From: Carpediemonas membranifera BICM
Taxonomy: Eukaryota; Protista; Fornicata
NCBI GenBank assembly: GCA_019828565.1
Contig: JAHDYR010000062.1
Coordinates: 731,666 to 795,665, forward strand
Length of the DNA: 64,000 nucleotides
Direction: 5' to 3'
Shown: positions 22,701 through 33,677 of the stretch, one piece after another
How the letters are laid out: each line of letters opens with the position of its first letter
Position numbering within the stretch: the first letter of the stretch is position 1
The notes under the pieces: generated by a model
The model's input: only the letters and a program-made list of their open reading frames with translations
Told to the model about the DNA's origin: nothing
The model's database searches: none
Translations under genes and position numbers: made by a program

Positions 22701-22883
22701 GGATCCGACTCTGAGAGCGAGTTTGCCGGCTCTGTTGTCAGCGAGGGTGAATCTGATTACGAGGGCGGCGAGGCCGTGTCGGATGGTGAGGACTGGGACG
22801 AGCTCGACGCCGAGGCTATGAAAGAGGACGCCGAGGTGATGCGTAAGAACAAGAAGAAGGTTGTCGCGAGGTCGAGGAGGTAA
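19755..22883 (+). CDS. SPT16: FACT complex subunit SPT16 (divergent)
   Basis: TVFLPIQGYAVPIHVSYVK, LRIQF..PG, GTLFAHQNGF, LEDVEFAVFER..FD, NW...FLEDGGW and an acidic tail. Confidence 0.9.
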   Translation: MSVSIEPKYFRAGCEVLLQQVSDKRKDLPSPLLIVTGPAPSTTESGKTEDFLAPDHIHRILFGFVIPKTMILVDSTRSRVDFYFSLSVGLDAFQKAMGSKPFDISMESGDFEVHSHAFKYSAKNKTGTMDPTVHSGWKTATAIPFLAETKRRVKNVKTGFMEWVESSVKPDGQSKPAEDFLAHLSMFFNTHAAPATASLGQGMLAVADAVSNSMVRGLAMDEAVTEARTRLLANSVDNISCEEITMKGVSRGTLSKPPNAVATARVSCGKDEIGLPAERTVLAWPSAKVELVHHVAHKAYDHVTSFLLHDLMEKSRTLGDVSKALVEWMSNQPGVEKKTDEETVTLKPGSLKLNENTLVRPVTLGGDIISRASATLLEPGMLLYVLVRVKDDGADGSGHHIAVGNTVVLLDDDVLVLTAHADETPADYIFDEASAEKNNTKRIHSIDTSNVLEHRFRERKTNTSDRSEAARQDLQLALGDALHERLLKRLKNSDDDEEGGATHARAATSFSQGKAMPLQVPANQIFVSRPHNTVFLPIQGYAVPIHVSYVKAVNMANEAANESSLRIQFVAPGLGVARGGNRPAQVVNHEADCEFIREVTYRTKGQDAFARTHEAIRVLKRDYTKAEKADKERKQSVPMFTQAMATEIKGERSTVGSDNRLTAYNAKHTLMMRPYIKRALAGTLFAHQNGFIFQGSIKSKSSAASVHVCIPYSNIRLCYLKKAEPSRPVVMLHLHLHEPMQLAYNDGSKMTQDVQFVMETITLTDALGVRETSAQAEREREARERKHMYTINKRFIEFLSSLRVEGRFPFTIDNHITKPTARDPSRKEYFKVSGTIVKGVNDVYPTNKALVSYEQAFVLPLEDVEFAVFERESFYLREFDVTFIKKDGTRVQVSNISRSFSDELKNWLTFDANIKFFMTAAPVNWTDVQNRIMNATSSYLEFLEDGGWSVFFDEVVIGSEEEDAGEDDEDASEFQISGSEYAGSDSESEFAGSVVSEGESDYEGGEAVSDGEDWDELDAEAMKEDAEVMRKNKKKVVARSRR

Positions 22884-23053
22884 ATAGTGTTAAGTTGTGT
22901 GGCCACTGGAGTAAGCATGGCAACTACTGCTATCGTTGCGGCCTCAAGAGCTTGCGTGATCCGGGGGGTTGACGTGTTCACAGCGTATTGCAGCGAGGTG
23001 ATCAAACGCCCGAAAACACGAAATACCTCTTGTAATCAAGATATAGGAACCAT

Positions 23054-25994
23054 AATGATTAGAAACACTGACAACAAGAGTGATGAAAGCACAAATGTGC
23101 CTCATGATCACGTTTCAGAAGCAAACTCAGAAATCAAGCGCTCTGGAGATGAGAACAGCGCCTTCAACGATGATTCAGCGCCACGATTAGCAAATAATCC
23201 CTGCCCATTCGTCCCAACAGACGTCAGCTCACCTTCTCCAGTGAGACCAAGCTCCTCCGGCCCCATCAACCTATTGGCCCCCGAGACGACGAGGACAGTG
23301 TTATTGAAGGGTACAGAGCCTAGTGAAACACCAGTGGATAAGCCCCAGCAGTGGTCACCACTGTTTGAGGCCTTGGCGACGGGCAGCGTCGACCTTGTTC
23401 GAGGCCTGATCCAAGCTGAGGCTGACCCAGACCTCCGCGGTGCTGCTGGCCGAACTCCCCTCATCGCTGCAGCAGCTGGTGGGCACGCGGATGTTGTCGA
23501 GCTGCTGACCAATGCTGGGACAGGGGTCGACCTGCAGGACGAGGACGGCTATACCGCTCTCATGGCAGCGTGTGAGAATGGCCACGTGGACGTTGTCAGG
23601 GTCCTTCTTGACACCGGTGCCGACTGCACAAAGGTCTTGCTCTCCAACGGCCGCACCGCCCTGTACATCGCCACCGCCTTCAGTGATACAGACATCGCCG
23701 AACTGCTGCTGGATGCGGCACCCGATATGGTTGACGTGGCCAATAAGGATGGCAAGTCGCCCCTATACGCAGCTTCTGTCAGTGGGCATGCTCGCTGTGC
23801 AAGACTCCTGCTCGACCGTGGCACCGGCGTCAATCATCTCTCAGACCTGCATGATAACCCGCTCATCGCCGCCGCATATTGGGGTCATGTCGAGATCATT
23901 GAATTGCTCATCGATGCTGCGGCGACCCTCGACCTGCAGGACGACGAAGGATTCACGGCTCTCATGATGACCTGTGAAGAAGGCCACGCCGAGTGCACCA
24001 GATCACTGCTTGCTGCCGGGGCGGACTGCACCAAAGTCCGCCTGAATGGCTGCAGCGCACTGTGTATTGCAGCCGAGAACGGGTTTGTAGGAATTGCAAG
24101 CCTGTTGCTGGACGCCAATAGATCAATGGTAGACATCGCCGACAACGACAGCTGGTCTCCTCTCTTCTGGGCTGTGGCTGAGGGCCACCTCGACCTCACC
24201 CGGCTCCTCCTCGAGCACGGTGCGGACCCCAATCACCGAGCCAATGACGGCCGTACCCCTCTCATGGCAGCTACTCTGGACAACAACGTCGAGATCATCG
24301 AACTTCTCATCAAATGTGGTGGGGTCGACCTCAGCATGCGAGATGGCAACAGTCTGACAGCCCTGGACCTCGCTTGTATCAGGGGTCACGTCGAGACAGT
24401 CACCGTACTCGTCGAGGCTGGATCGGAATACTTGGCAACGCCAACCCCGCTTGTCTTAGCCGCGTTTCACAACCAGGTCGCCATTGTCGAGTTGCTGCTC
24501 AATGCTGGGGCGACCCTCGACCTGCAGGACGGGGAGGGTGACACCGCACTCATGGCTGCGTCTTCCAAAAATCATGCTGAGATCGCCCGAGTCCTCCTCG
24601 AGGCGGGGGCCGACACCAGCAAGGTCCGTCCCAACGGCAGCAGCGCCCTGCATCTCGCAGCAGAAAATGGAGCAGCCGACACTCTGGATGTTTTATTGGT
24701 CAGGAGAGAAGGCATGATGAACGCCGCTGCTGACCTGGATCGCAGAGCAAACACTGGTTTGACTCCGTCAGCTGTTGCTGCGTGCAAGTGCCACACTGCG
24801 TGCGTCAAGCAGCTAGTCGACGCCGGGGCAGTAGTTGGCCAGCGAGACAATGACAGCGACACCCCACTGATATGTGCATCTCTCAACGGAGACAGCGAGA
24901 GCGCGAGAGTACTGGCTTAACACGGCGCTGACGTCAACCTCCGTGGTAGTATGGGACGAACGGCTCTCATGCTTGCTGCAATGGAAGACCATGTGGAGAT
25001 CGTCGAGCTTCTTGTCCAACATGGCGCAAACGTTGATTTACATGATGAAAGCAGCTTTACATCGCTCATTATGGCAAGCTATTACGGCCATCTCGACTGC
25101 GTAAGACTCCTCATCGACTCTGGAGCAGATTGCGCCAGGACCCTGGATGATGGCTCGACCGCCCTGTTTCAAGCTGCCAGGAATGGTCATGATAGGGTCA
25201 TAGAGCTGCTTTTAGATACAAATCCTGACCTGGTTGACGTTGTCAACAAGCACAACGCCTCTTCTCTGTATGCGGCAACCTTGTACGAACACGTCGCCTG
25301 TGCGCGTGCTCTCCTCGAGCGTGGTGCCAAGCCAGACCACCGTACAAAGTCGGGTGGCACCCCACTCATTGCTGCTGCGTCCAGCAATAACACTGACCTC
25401 GTCAAGACCCTCCTAGATGCACATGCGTCCGTTGATCTGCGAAACGGCGACGGGGACACTGCCCTCATGTGCGCCTGCATCAAAGGACACGCCCACAGTG
25501 CGAGGATACTCCTGGATGCGGGTGCCAACGGGTCATTCATCTCCAAGTCAGGCTCTTGTCTGTGCAACGCAGCTTGGGGTGGTCACGATGACCTCGTCCT
25601 CTTGCTACTCCAAGGAGGTATTGACGCTGACGTGACCGAGCTCAGCGGAGCAACCCCCTTGATCTGGGCGGTCCTTGGGGACCGGCCGGCATGTGTCCGT
25701 CTTTTACTACAAGCAGGGTGTGACCTCAACGCGCGCAGGAAAGATGGGTCGACGGTTACCTTTATCGCCGCGGAGAAGGGCTATCTTGAGGTGCTCCGAC
25801 TACTGGTCGGCTCTGGCGCGAACGTGGAAATCCCGCGCAAGGGGAAGCTCGGGCGTTCGCCCACAACTCCCAGGGAGATCGCCCAATCGAAGGGGCACAC
25901 GGACTGCGTCGCCCTGCTCGATCACCCAGAGCTATGCGGCCCGCTCGACTTTGAGGTGGGCTCGCTTGCAGTGCGACCGAACAGGTCTGGGTAG
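23054..25994 (+). CDS. Long ankyrin-repeat protein, frameshift near 24915 (start uncertain)
   Basis: Many G.TPL..A...GH...V..LL..GA repeats across ORFs 22887..24920 and 24951..25994. Confidence 0.85.
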
Positions 25995-26020
25995 GTGTTC
26001 GACCCCAGCCAACATGTGAG

Positions 26021-28771
26021 ATGATTCGGGCATCTTCGTCCAACTTCTCTCAGTATTTTAATCAATTGATCTACCAAGATGTCAGCGTGTTCAAGGTTTC
26101 GCTGTCAGTAGCCCTAGATGTCTCATCATACGTGAACAAGCGGGTGTTGGCCACTAATTGGTGGCTTCGTTCGCTTCCAATGCGGGCTCTACTCTCATGC
26201 CAGGGCCACCATCGCCGGGGCCTTACTGGTTTCCACCACGCGGTTTATAACGGCAACGTTGACCTAGCTGGGCTGATAGCATTCTCTGGTGGCGATGACC
26301 TCATCCATAAGGCCGCTGACGGTGGTCTAACTCCGCTTTACCTCGCCTGTGGCAGGGGAGAGATCAAGGCTGTCGAGTATCTGCTCAGCAAGGGGGCCAA
26401 CCCGAATGTGCCCACGAGCAACGGGGGGACGCCGCTCGGCGTGGCAGTCAGGCAGGGCTTCGGTGGTGTTGTCCGGCTGCTTCTCGACGCTGGGGCTGAG
26501 TGTACTGAGGTATATCCTGGGGGCAATAGTGCTCTGCATGTTGCCGTGGAGAGAGAGTTTGTGGGGCTGGTGAAAATGCTATTGGACACCAACCCTGACT
26601 TAGTGGGCACAGTGAATCAAACGAGGTGGGCTCCGTTGCATATTGCTGCGTCACGTGGCTACACGACGATTGTCTCTCTTTTGGTCAAAGCTGGGGCACC
26701 CCTGGACATTACAACCAATCACGACCGCACTGCTCTATTACTCGCTTGCAACAACGGCCACGCTGATTGTGTGGCGGTGCTGCTAGACGCTGGTTCCCGC
26801 CCCACTATTTGGTGCTTGGCCAACGCCGCCAGACTTGGGTATACTTCTATCGTTATTCATCTTCTCAGGGCTGGGGCCGACGTCAACGAGAGAGTATTAC
26901 GCCGCGCCACGCCCTTGCACTTCGCCAGTGCTGAGAACCGACCTGCATGTGTCCGTCTTCTGCTGCAGGCCGGGTGTGACGTCAACGCGCGCGACCGGAG
27001 GGGTAGCACCGCAGTATTCATGGCCGCAGAGAAGGGTCATTTCTATGTCATTAAGATGCTAATCGCAGCCGGGGCAGATATTTTGATATCACGTCGATGT
27101 CGACGGAACAAAGCAATGGGATCTGGGGCGATGCTGCCGAGAGATGTCGCCAAGGCCAACAACCACAAGTTGTGCGTTAACCTGCTCGATCATCCCGAGG
27201 ATTATCGCAAGATCGCCATCAGCGTCGGGTCGTTCGAGCACGACATCACGCCCTCCGGCGCGAGCATCCCGCCTGCCAAGGACAAAGTCGTCGTCTTGGC
27301 GAGTGTGTACGTGGCTTTGTACACTGACGCCGACGTGCCCCGCGCCAGCCGCCTTCTGGCAGAGTTCAAGTCGGCCTCATCCCCTGGCCAGTTGCGTAAG
27401 CTCGCCTCGCAAATCCAGGCGATTCAGACCGACATCGACCGGCTCACCCCGGTTCTTTCACTCGCCAAGGACCCGATGCCCGCCTTGAAAGACTGCGTCA
27501 GGGAGGCGCTGGAGAGGAGCGACGCCTTCCATGCCCACGTCATCGGCGGCAACATCCGTAGGATCTGGTCGAAACCCCTCTTCAGGCGCGACAAGTTCAG
27601 CCCCGTCGTCCTCAATTGCCTCGACCGGGATGGCCGGTCGCCCCTGTACAACGCGTTCATCAGCGGCCAGGCAAAGGTGTTCGCCGCGCTGCTCAAGACT
27701 GGTGGCCTCGTCGACGACGACTTCCCTGACGGCCACCCGCTGCTGGCTATTGAGGGGAGGCCTGCGATGCTCGACGCGATTCTGAAGGCCAAGGTCGACA
27801 TCAACCTTGTTAATCGAGGCACCACCGCGCTCGTCGCAGCCATCCAGGGCGGCCACGTGGACTCTGCCCGAAAGCTGCTCTCACACGGGGCCGACCCGCT
27901 CCTCCCGGCCGACGGAGTCAACGCAATGCATGCCATTCGAGCCTTCCCCGACACAGTCGTGGCCAAGGGGCTCCTCTGCCGAGCCCACGGCATGCACCCG
28001 CACCTGGTCGATGCGGCTGTGGCAGACCCCCCTCCTGCCCCGCCAGTGGCCCCCTTCCCTGTCATCGCAGGGCACGACCCGGAGTTGCACGATGGCTTCT
28101 GTCTCGGCAATGCGAGCTATCGTAACAACACTGGTGGAGGCGACTGCGCCTTCTTCACCCTCCACAATCTTGACCCGACCATCTTCAGCGGTCATCCTGC
28201 GTGGACCCGCGCCGCCGCCCGGGCACTACTGGGGAGCTACAGCGCCCCTATCGACCTGACCGAGACGGGGTACACCCACGAGGAGCTCCGCGGGATGTTC
28301 GAGGGCAAGAACTTCGTCAACCTGCCCGCACTTTGGGCGATCCAGCTGTACCTGTCGGGGCGGATCAGAGCAGAAACCGTCGGCCAGTTCGAGCTGATCC
28401 AGTATGCTTGTGTCTCTGCTGGCAGCAGCGTGCACCGGTCCATCGAGCGCTTCCACCTCGAGCTATCCGACGACATGCTTGTGCTCCGCTGCACCTGTCT
28501 TGACCAGTACGCCGTCTCGCGCTTTGTCGCCTTCGCCGAGGGCATCGGGTTCTCCCACGGCCACTACTTCAACGTCTACCCCACAGCAGACGTTCCCCGC
28601 CACGCCGGGTGGCACAGACCGGGGTCTGAGCAGCAGCATGTGTCAGCCGATCGTGGCGTTGAATCGGACGAGACGGCCCATGACAACCACGAACGGGTGT
28701 GGCATGGGAAGTACGGCAACTTCTGGTTCGCCCGACACCACCCGTACCCGGTGCCCCTGCTCCGGCCATAA
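26021..28771 (+). CDS. Ankyrin-repeat protein with a C-terminal OTU-like cysteine protease domain
   Basis: N-terminal and central ankyrin repeats; C-terminal YRNNTGGGDCAFFTL ... SHGHYFNV. Confidence 0.7.
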   Translation: MIRASSSNFSQYFNQLIYQDVSVFKVSLSVALDVSSYVNKRVLATNWWLRSLPMRALLSCQGHHRRGLTGFHHAVYNGNVDLAGLIAFSGGDDLIHKAADGGLTPLYLACGRGEIKAVEYLLSKGANPNVPTSNGGTPLGVAVRQGFGGVVRLLLDAGAECTEVYPGGNSALHVAVEREFVGLVKMLLDTNPDLVGTVNQTRWAPLHIAASRGYTTIVSLLVKAGAPLDITTNHDRTALLLACNNGHADCVAVLLDAGSRPTIWCLANAARLGYTSIVIHLLRAGADVNERVLRRATPLHFASAENRPACVRLLLQAGCDVNARDRRGSTAVFMAAEKGHFYVIKMLIAAGADILISRRCRRNKAMGSGAMLPRDVAKANNHKLCVNLLDHPEDYRKIAISVGSFEHDITPSGASIPPAKDKVVVLASVYVALYTDADVPRASRLLAEFKSASSPGQLRKLASQIQAIQTDIDRLTPVLSLAKDPMPALKDCVREALERSDAFHAHVIGGNIRRIWSKPLFRRDKFSPVVLNCLDRDGRSPLYNAFISGQAKVFAALLKTGGLVDDDFPDGHPLLAIEGRPAMLDAILKAKVDINLVNRGTTALVAAIQGGHVDSARKLLSHGADPLLPADGVNAMHAIRAFPDTVVAKGLLCRAHGMHPHLVDAAVADPPPAPPVAPFPVIAGHDPELHDGFCLGNASYRNNTGGGDCAFFTLHNLDPTIFSGHPAWTRAAARALLGSYSAPIDLTETGYTHEELRGMFEGKNFVNLPALWAIQLYLSGRIRAETVGQFELIQYACVSAGSSVHRSIERFHLELSDDMLVLRCTCLDQYAVSRFVAFAEGIGFSHGHYFNVYPTADVPRHAGWHRPGSEQQHVSADRGVESDETAHDNHERVWHGKYGNFWFARHHPYPVPLLRP

Positions 28772-29277
28772 CCGCGCCTGACCTCCGTATCCCCGTTTGA
28801 GCTGGTCGTCATGCTCTTTGAATGAATGAAGGTTCCTGGAAAACAGAATCGACTCCGACTCTAAACTGGAGATCCTGGAAACTTCTCTAGATTCACGATA
28901 AATCACGTCGAATTCTAAAGAAGGTCGATAAAAACAGCCAGGTTGTCGGATCAGAAGTCCAATGCTTGAACTAGTTCCACGGCGTGGCAATAGAGTTTAA
29001 TAACGTTCCACTGTTTCACGCTCTCGTCATACCGACACTAAACTGCTTCTTGGCGGGGGACAGCGTGACGTGCCACTGTGACAAATGTGCCGGCTAAGGA
29101 AGAGAATGTGCAGTTTAGCATAAATGCGAATTTGGAGACGATGTGAGGTCCACGTCCCATGTGACCTCTCACACCTTGTGCGCTTGGTACGAGAACGCCG
29201 ACACCGACGTACATCGATTGAAATATGTCCGCCCAATGACATGCTCAGCCTTCATCTCCTTTACGTATTTAATGGGT

Positions 29278-29948
29278 TTACATTTCAATAGGGTTGAGCA
29301 GGCCGGGCCCGCTGTTGTTAAGGAACGTCCCGTCCCAAACCACGCCCTTAGTGTCGATAAACCGGCCGGCGCCATGCATCTGCCCAGACCTCCACTCGCC
29401 GACGTACTTTGCCCCGTTAGGCCAGGTGTACTCACCCTCGCCCTCGTAGAGACCGTCCTTGATGATACCCTTAAACTCTGCGCCGGAAGCATAGTGGATT
29501 GAGCAGGCAGCGTCGAGAACATCTCGGGTCCAGTTGCCCTCATAAACTACACCGGCGAGGAGGGGCTCCTCGGGCTTGGCAGGCTCTTCAGGCTCTTCAG
29601 CAGGTGTCTCCTCGATGGCTGTGTCGGCTGCTTCTTGCTCGGCCTCTGGCTCCTTGGGCTCGGGCGTCTTTCCCTTAGTCTTCGCGGAGGTCTTCTCGAG
29701 CTCAGCGCGAAGTTCATCCTCAAGCTCTGGCAATTTTGGCTTCAGATATTCGGTATATTTGCCGTTTCCATGTCTGTAAACGGTGCCGTCATCGTCCTCG
29801 ATGTATTCACCTTCTGCGTAGGAATTTGAACTAAAAACAAACCGTACACGTGCCCATTCTCGAACACGAACTTTCCAAACTTCTTCTCCTTCTCCTCAAT
29901 CGGGTTTGCGGGCGCAGCGTCCTTCTTGCTCTTCTCCTTCGGTGGCAT
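29278..29948 (-). CDS. MORN-repeat protein; 29-nt intron 29814-29842
   Basis: GKFVFENGHVY|EGEY..RHGNGKY, YEGNW, GEGEYTWPNGAKYVGEWRSGQMHGAG. Confidence 0.85.
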
Positions 29949-30305
29949 CGTTTTCTGTTGCTTGAACTCGTCATCAGACCTTGGACCAGAGGCGATGTCA
30001 GTGTTCCGACTGCGTTCATAAGGGTGAGGACGGCATGGCACCGGGGACAAAAGAACGCTGTCTGAAGTTCTTCCGTACCCACACCGACAGACATGAACGG
30101 TAAGACAGGAACAGTGCGAAACCCAACAAAGGAGAAGGCGGGGCGAAGTGGATACAAGACAGGGCAGTCCCAGGCGCTCCACTGGCACATCCACAAAACA
30201 ACAAAACAAAACTTCATGATCGCGGGAGGAACATGCTGCACCACTCCAAGCAAGTCCTCGGCGCTTCTGGTGGCCGGAGACCGTTTATAACCGCAACATC
30301 AGCAA

Positions 30306-30458
30306 TTACTTCAACTTCTTCTTGACGCGAAGGTCGGTGTTCTTGCAGCGACGGCAGTTCTTGGCACGAAGGCTGTTGCGGCAGTAGCACTCGCGGCAGA
30401 TAAGGAATTCGCAGTTGTACTTGCGGGCAAGCGCCTCGAGAGTAGGTTCCATCGCCAT
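30306..30458 (-). CDS. RPL40: 60S ribosomal protein eL40, stand-alone (50 aa, no ubiquitin)
   Basis: Below the ORF-track cutoff. [50 protein letters not shown]; in-frame TAG five codons upstream. Confidence 0.9.
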   Translation of the reverse strand: MAMEPTLEALARKYNCEFLICRECYCRNSLRAKNCRRCKNTDLRVKKKLK

Positions 30459-30777
30459 GGTGAACGGGTACTACTAGGAGAACAAAGCGTTACTTCAAAC
30501 AAAACCTGCCGCTGGTAAAAATGGCTTTTACATTTTATTGGGACGAAGCAAGGCCACTATGCACTCCAAGGGTCCCAGAAGAGTACTTCTCACGCTTCTT
30601 GTTATTCGGTAAGCCACAGTTTCATTCAAAAATGGCTTATGATCAAGCTACAGAATGACGAGTCCAATCGAAAGCAAGATGCAAACCGCAGGGCAAGTAG
30701 AGGTGAAGGAGACCGGTTGCCTCGGACCGGCGCCGGAGACGGAGGCCCGCTTGAATCACTCAAACTGGCAACGAACC

Positions 30778-31278
30778 ATGGCGAGAGCAATCCGGAAGAA
30801 GTCCACTGCTAAGAAGGCTCGGCAGAAGCAGATTGAGCACATAGAAGGCGCGCTTGGCAAGCCGGCCGCTTCAGGTGGCGAGGTTCCCATCTCCAAGTCC
30901 CAAATGCTGAAACAGCAGACGAAACGGAAGAAGGCATACGATAAGCGCATTACTGAGCTCAGATTCATGATGTACGTCTCCATTTATTCATCTCACGCAT
31001 GCAGAAGCTGAAGAAGAGCGATCCGTACGAGAAGGCCGAGAGGAAGAAAATTTCGCAGATGATCAAACAGCTCACTGAGGAGAGCAAGGTCACTGTTCAG
31101 GAGACTAACAAGGTTGCCGATGAGGTGTTTGTGCCCCTACCACTTTCAGCGCTTATCCAGCCATGCCTTGTTCGAGGCTGATCTCGATCTCGCCGACAAC
31201 ACCGAAAACATGGTGCAGCTCGACGGCAAGAGCTTCAACGGCCTTCTAGACCCCAAGACCGGCAAGGTCACGATGTGA
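30778..31278 (+). CDS. Small basic hypothetical protein with two short introns
   Basis: MARAIRKKSTAKKARQK...; first intron near 30972-31004 (donor ambiguous). The second intron GTTTGT...CCAG rejoins to VHALFEADLD...GKVTM*. Confidence 0.55.
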
Positions 31279-31464
31279 GTGCGGTATTAATCCTGTTTCC
31301 AGCGCTATAAATCTCCGGTTGAGCCTTCTCCTTTCTGCAGCTGTAGATCGCCTGGATGCCGCACCCAGTCTTGTAAGAAGGGACATGCCATGACATGCAT
31401 TGCTATGCTACGTCCAAAGTGCAACTATTCCGAGAACAAGTGGCACGACAGGTCAAGTATTTAT

Positions 31465-31821
<357 letters not shown>

Positions 31822-32465
31822 TCAAGACGCCTTGAGCTATCGATAAGTACAAACCATTTTCTGCTGTGTTTGATATTGTTGCGAATTGATCGACTTTGCG
31901 CCAAGTCATGACACGGCCAGTCAAAATAGATCCGCGGATTTGAAGAATCTACGGATTGAATGTGGTGCGGGCCACTGCCAGGACTGTCAATCTTGACCGG
32001 TCAAGCTGATGGAAAAAAAATGAAAAAAATCTTGGTCCAAACTCAGCCGGTCATGTTGGAGCTTGGGGCCTTCATTGACCATACCTTCTACAGCAGCCTG
32101 CCCGTCAGGCATGCTGAAATGCTGCTTTTGTGGCGCATACAGTCTCATGGCCCTCCAAAGCCGAGTCCCCCATGATGACGCTGGGTCAACCCGTCAAGCT
32201 ACACTTGGCGTCTGCTCACATCGTTTTAACACAGTGGTGGTTTAGAAATAATGGCAGACGTGTGGCATATTAGTAACGACGCCCTGTGCCATGTTGGTAT
32301 GAGACAACCAGTGTGACATGAATACACGGCTAGCTAGGGTCAATCCCACTGTAGATTTGGTTATGTCGCATATGTATGGAATTTAGGACGTTTAAGATGC
32401 AGATAGTGCCGAGATTCCGAGATTGAAATCTCCGAATTTCGGGTAGACGCACCATTCTGCAGACA

Positions 32466-33617
32466 ATGCAACATTTGGTTCTTCTGTGCATTCTCGCTTG
32501 CGTCATAGCAACGCAGATCGATCCCATTATCTCTCCCAATCCCGGTCCCGGCCTTTCTTTCGCCGAGAACAGAGTTGCCACTGGTTCCGTTGCCATCACC
32601 TCCCTTGTCGGCATTTTCGACGGCGAATCTGTGAAAGACAGATCTCTGTACCAAAAGATGGCAGTATACCACTATGACGGATCCAAGGGCTGGACTCTGA
32701 AGAGCATTCAAACCGACGATAATTTCGTCTCAACGTACCCTGACACGATCATCCCCATTGCTCAGGGAGCCACATACGGCACCTTTGTCGCCAACCATTA
32801 TGATAATGAGTTCAACCACGGCGCCATTTACCTTGAGTTCTTTGCCTACACCGACGACGCCCAGCTCCATCCCATTCAGCGCCTGCAGGTCCCGTATACT
32901 GACTACATGCTTCTCTCTGAGACCAAGCTCGCTGTATACAACCAGACCGCTACCTCCTTCACCATCTACACCGTCGAGCGCCAGGACAATCGTTCCCCCT
33001 TTGACACAAGCAACCCCAAGCACGTCGTCCTGCCGTTCGGAGACCAGGGCGAGGATGACGAATTCCAGGTGAGACATCTTGGCAATGATATGATCATTGT
33101 GCAGGCTAAGGATGATGTTTACACCCTTGTCGACAAGAATGGCGTTTGGACCACCACTGATCACTTCAAGGGCGGTGATAGAATGATGTACAACGTCGGT
33201 GTAATCGGCTGTGACAACGAGCAGTACTACATCATGCCGATGGAAGGCTTCTCCTCCTTCCGTGTATATCAGCGCCAGGGCGACAAGATCATCAACACCG
33301 GTGAGCGTGCGCCCTCTGCTGCCTGCGGGATCGGCTCTCTGAACTGGACTTATTTCGTCGATGGTAAGTTTGTCATGGTCGGCGACAGGAATGATGACGA
33401 CACGCGCATTGTCTGCACCGCCTCTATTGGAACATGGACGGACTCGAAGCAGCTCTTCGCATACAACACCAAGGACAAGAACCCGTTCGGCGACTTCGTG
33501 CCCCCCTACGGCGTGCAGTACACCGCGGTCGATGGCCACCACTGCCTGGCAGTTATGGCGACCAGCGAGGGCGATAACTCCCAGAACCTCATGTTCGACC
33601 TGCCCAACCTGTGGTAA
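32466..33617 (+). CDS. Secreted hypothetical protein
   Basis: Signal peptide MQHLVLLCILACVIA; 383 aa, beta-rich. Confidence 0.7.
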   Translation: MQHLVLLCILACVIATQIDPIISPNPGPGLSFAENRVATGSVAITSLVGIFDGESVKDRSLYQKMAVYHYDGSKGWTLKSIQTDDNFVSTYPDTIIPIAQGATYGTFVANHYDNEFNHGAIYLEFFAYTDDAQLHPIQRLQVPYTDYMLLSETKLAVYNQTATSFTIYTVERQDNRSPFDTSNPKHVVLPFGDQGEDDEFQVRHLGNDMIIVQAKDDVYTLVDKNGVWTTTDHFKGGDRMMYNVGVIGCDNEQYYIMPMEGFSSFRVYQRQGDKIINTGERAPSAACGIGSLNWTYFVDGKFVMVGDRNDDDTRIVCTASIGTWTDSKQLFAYNTKDKNPFGDFVPPYGVQYTAVDGHHCLAVMATSEGDNSQNLMFDLPNLW

Positions 33618-33677
33618 ATAATGATGATAAAAACATCCACACCCTAGTTATAACCGCATGTTTTATCCCTGAACGGT

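Noticed and set aside
29950-30290. Cys-containing ORFs or a box C/D snoRNA between MORN and eL40
   Set aside because: No recognisable domain; C/D boxes incomplete.
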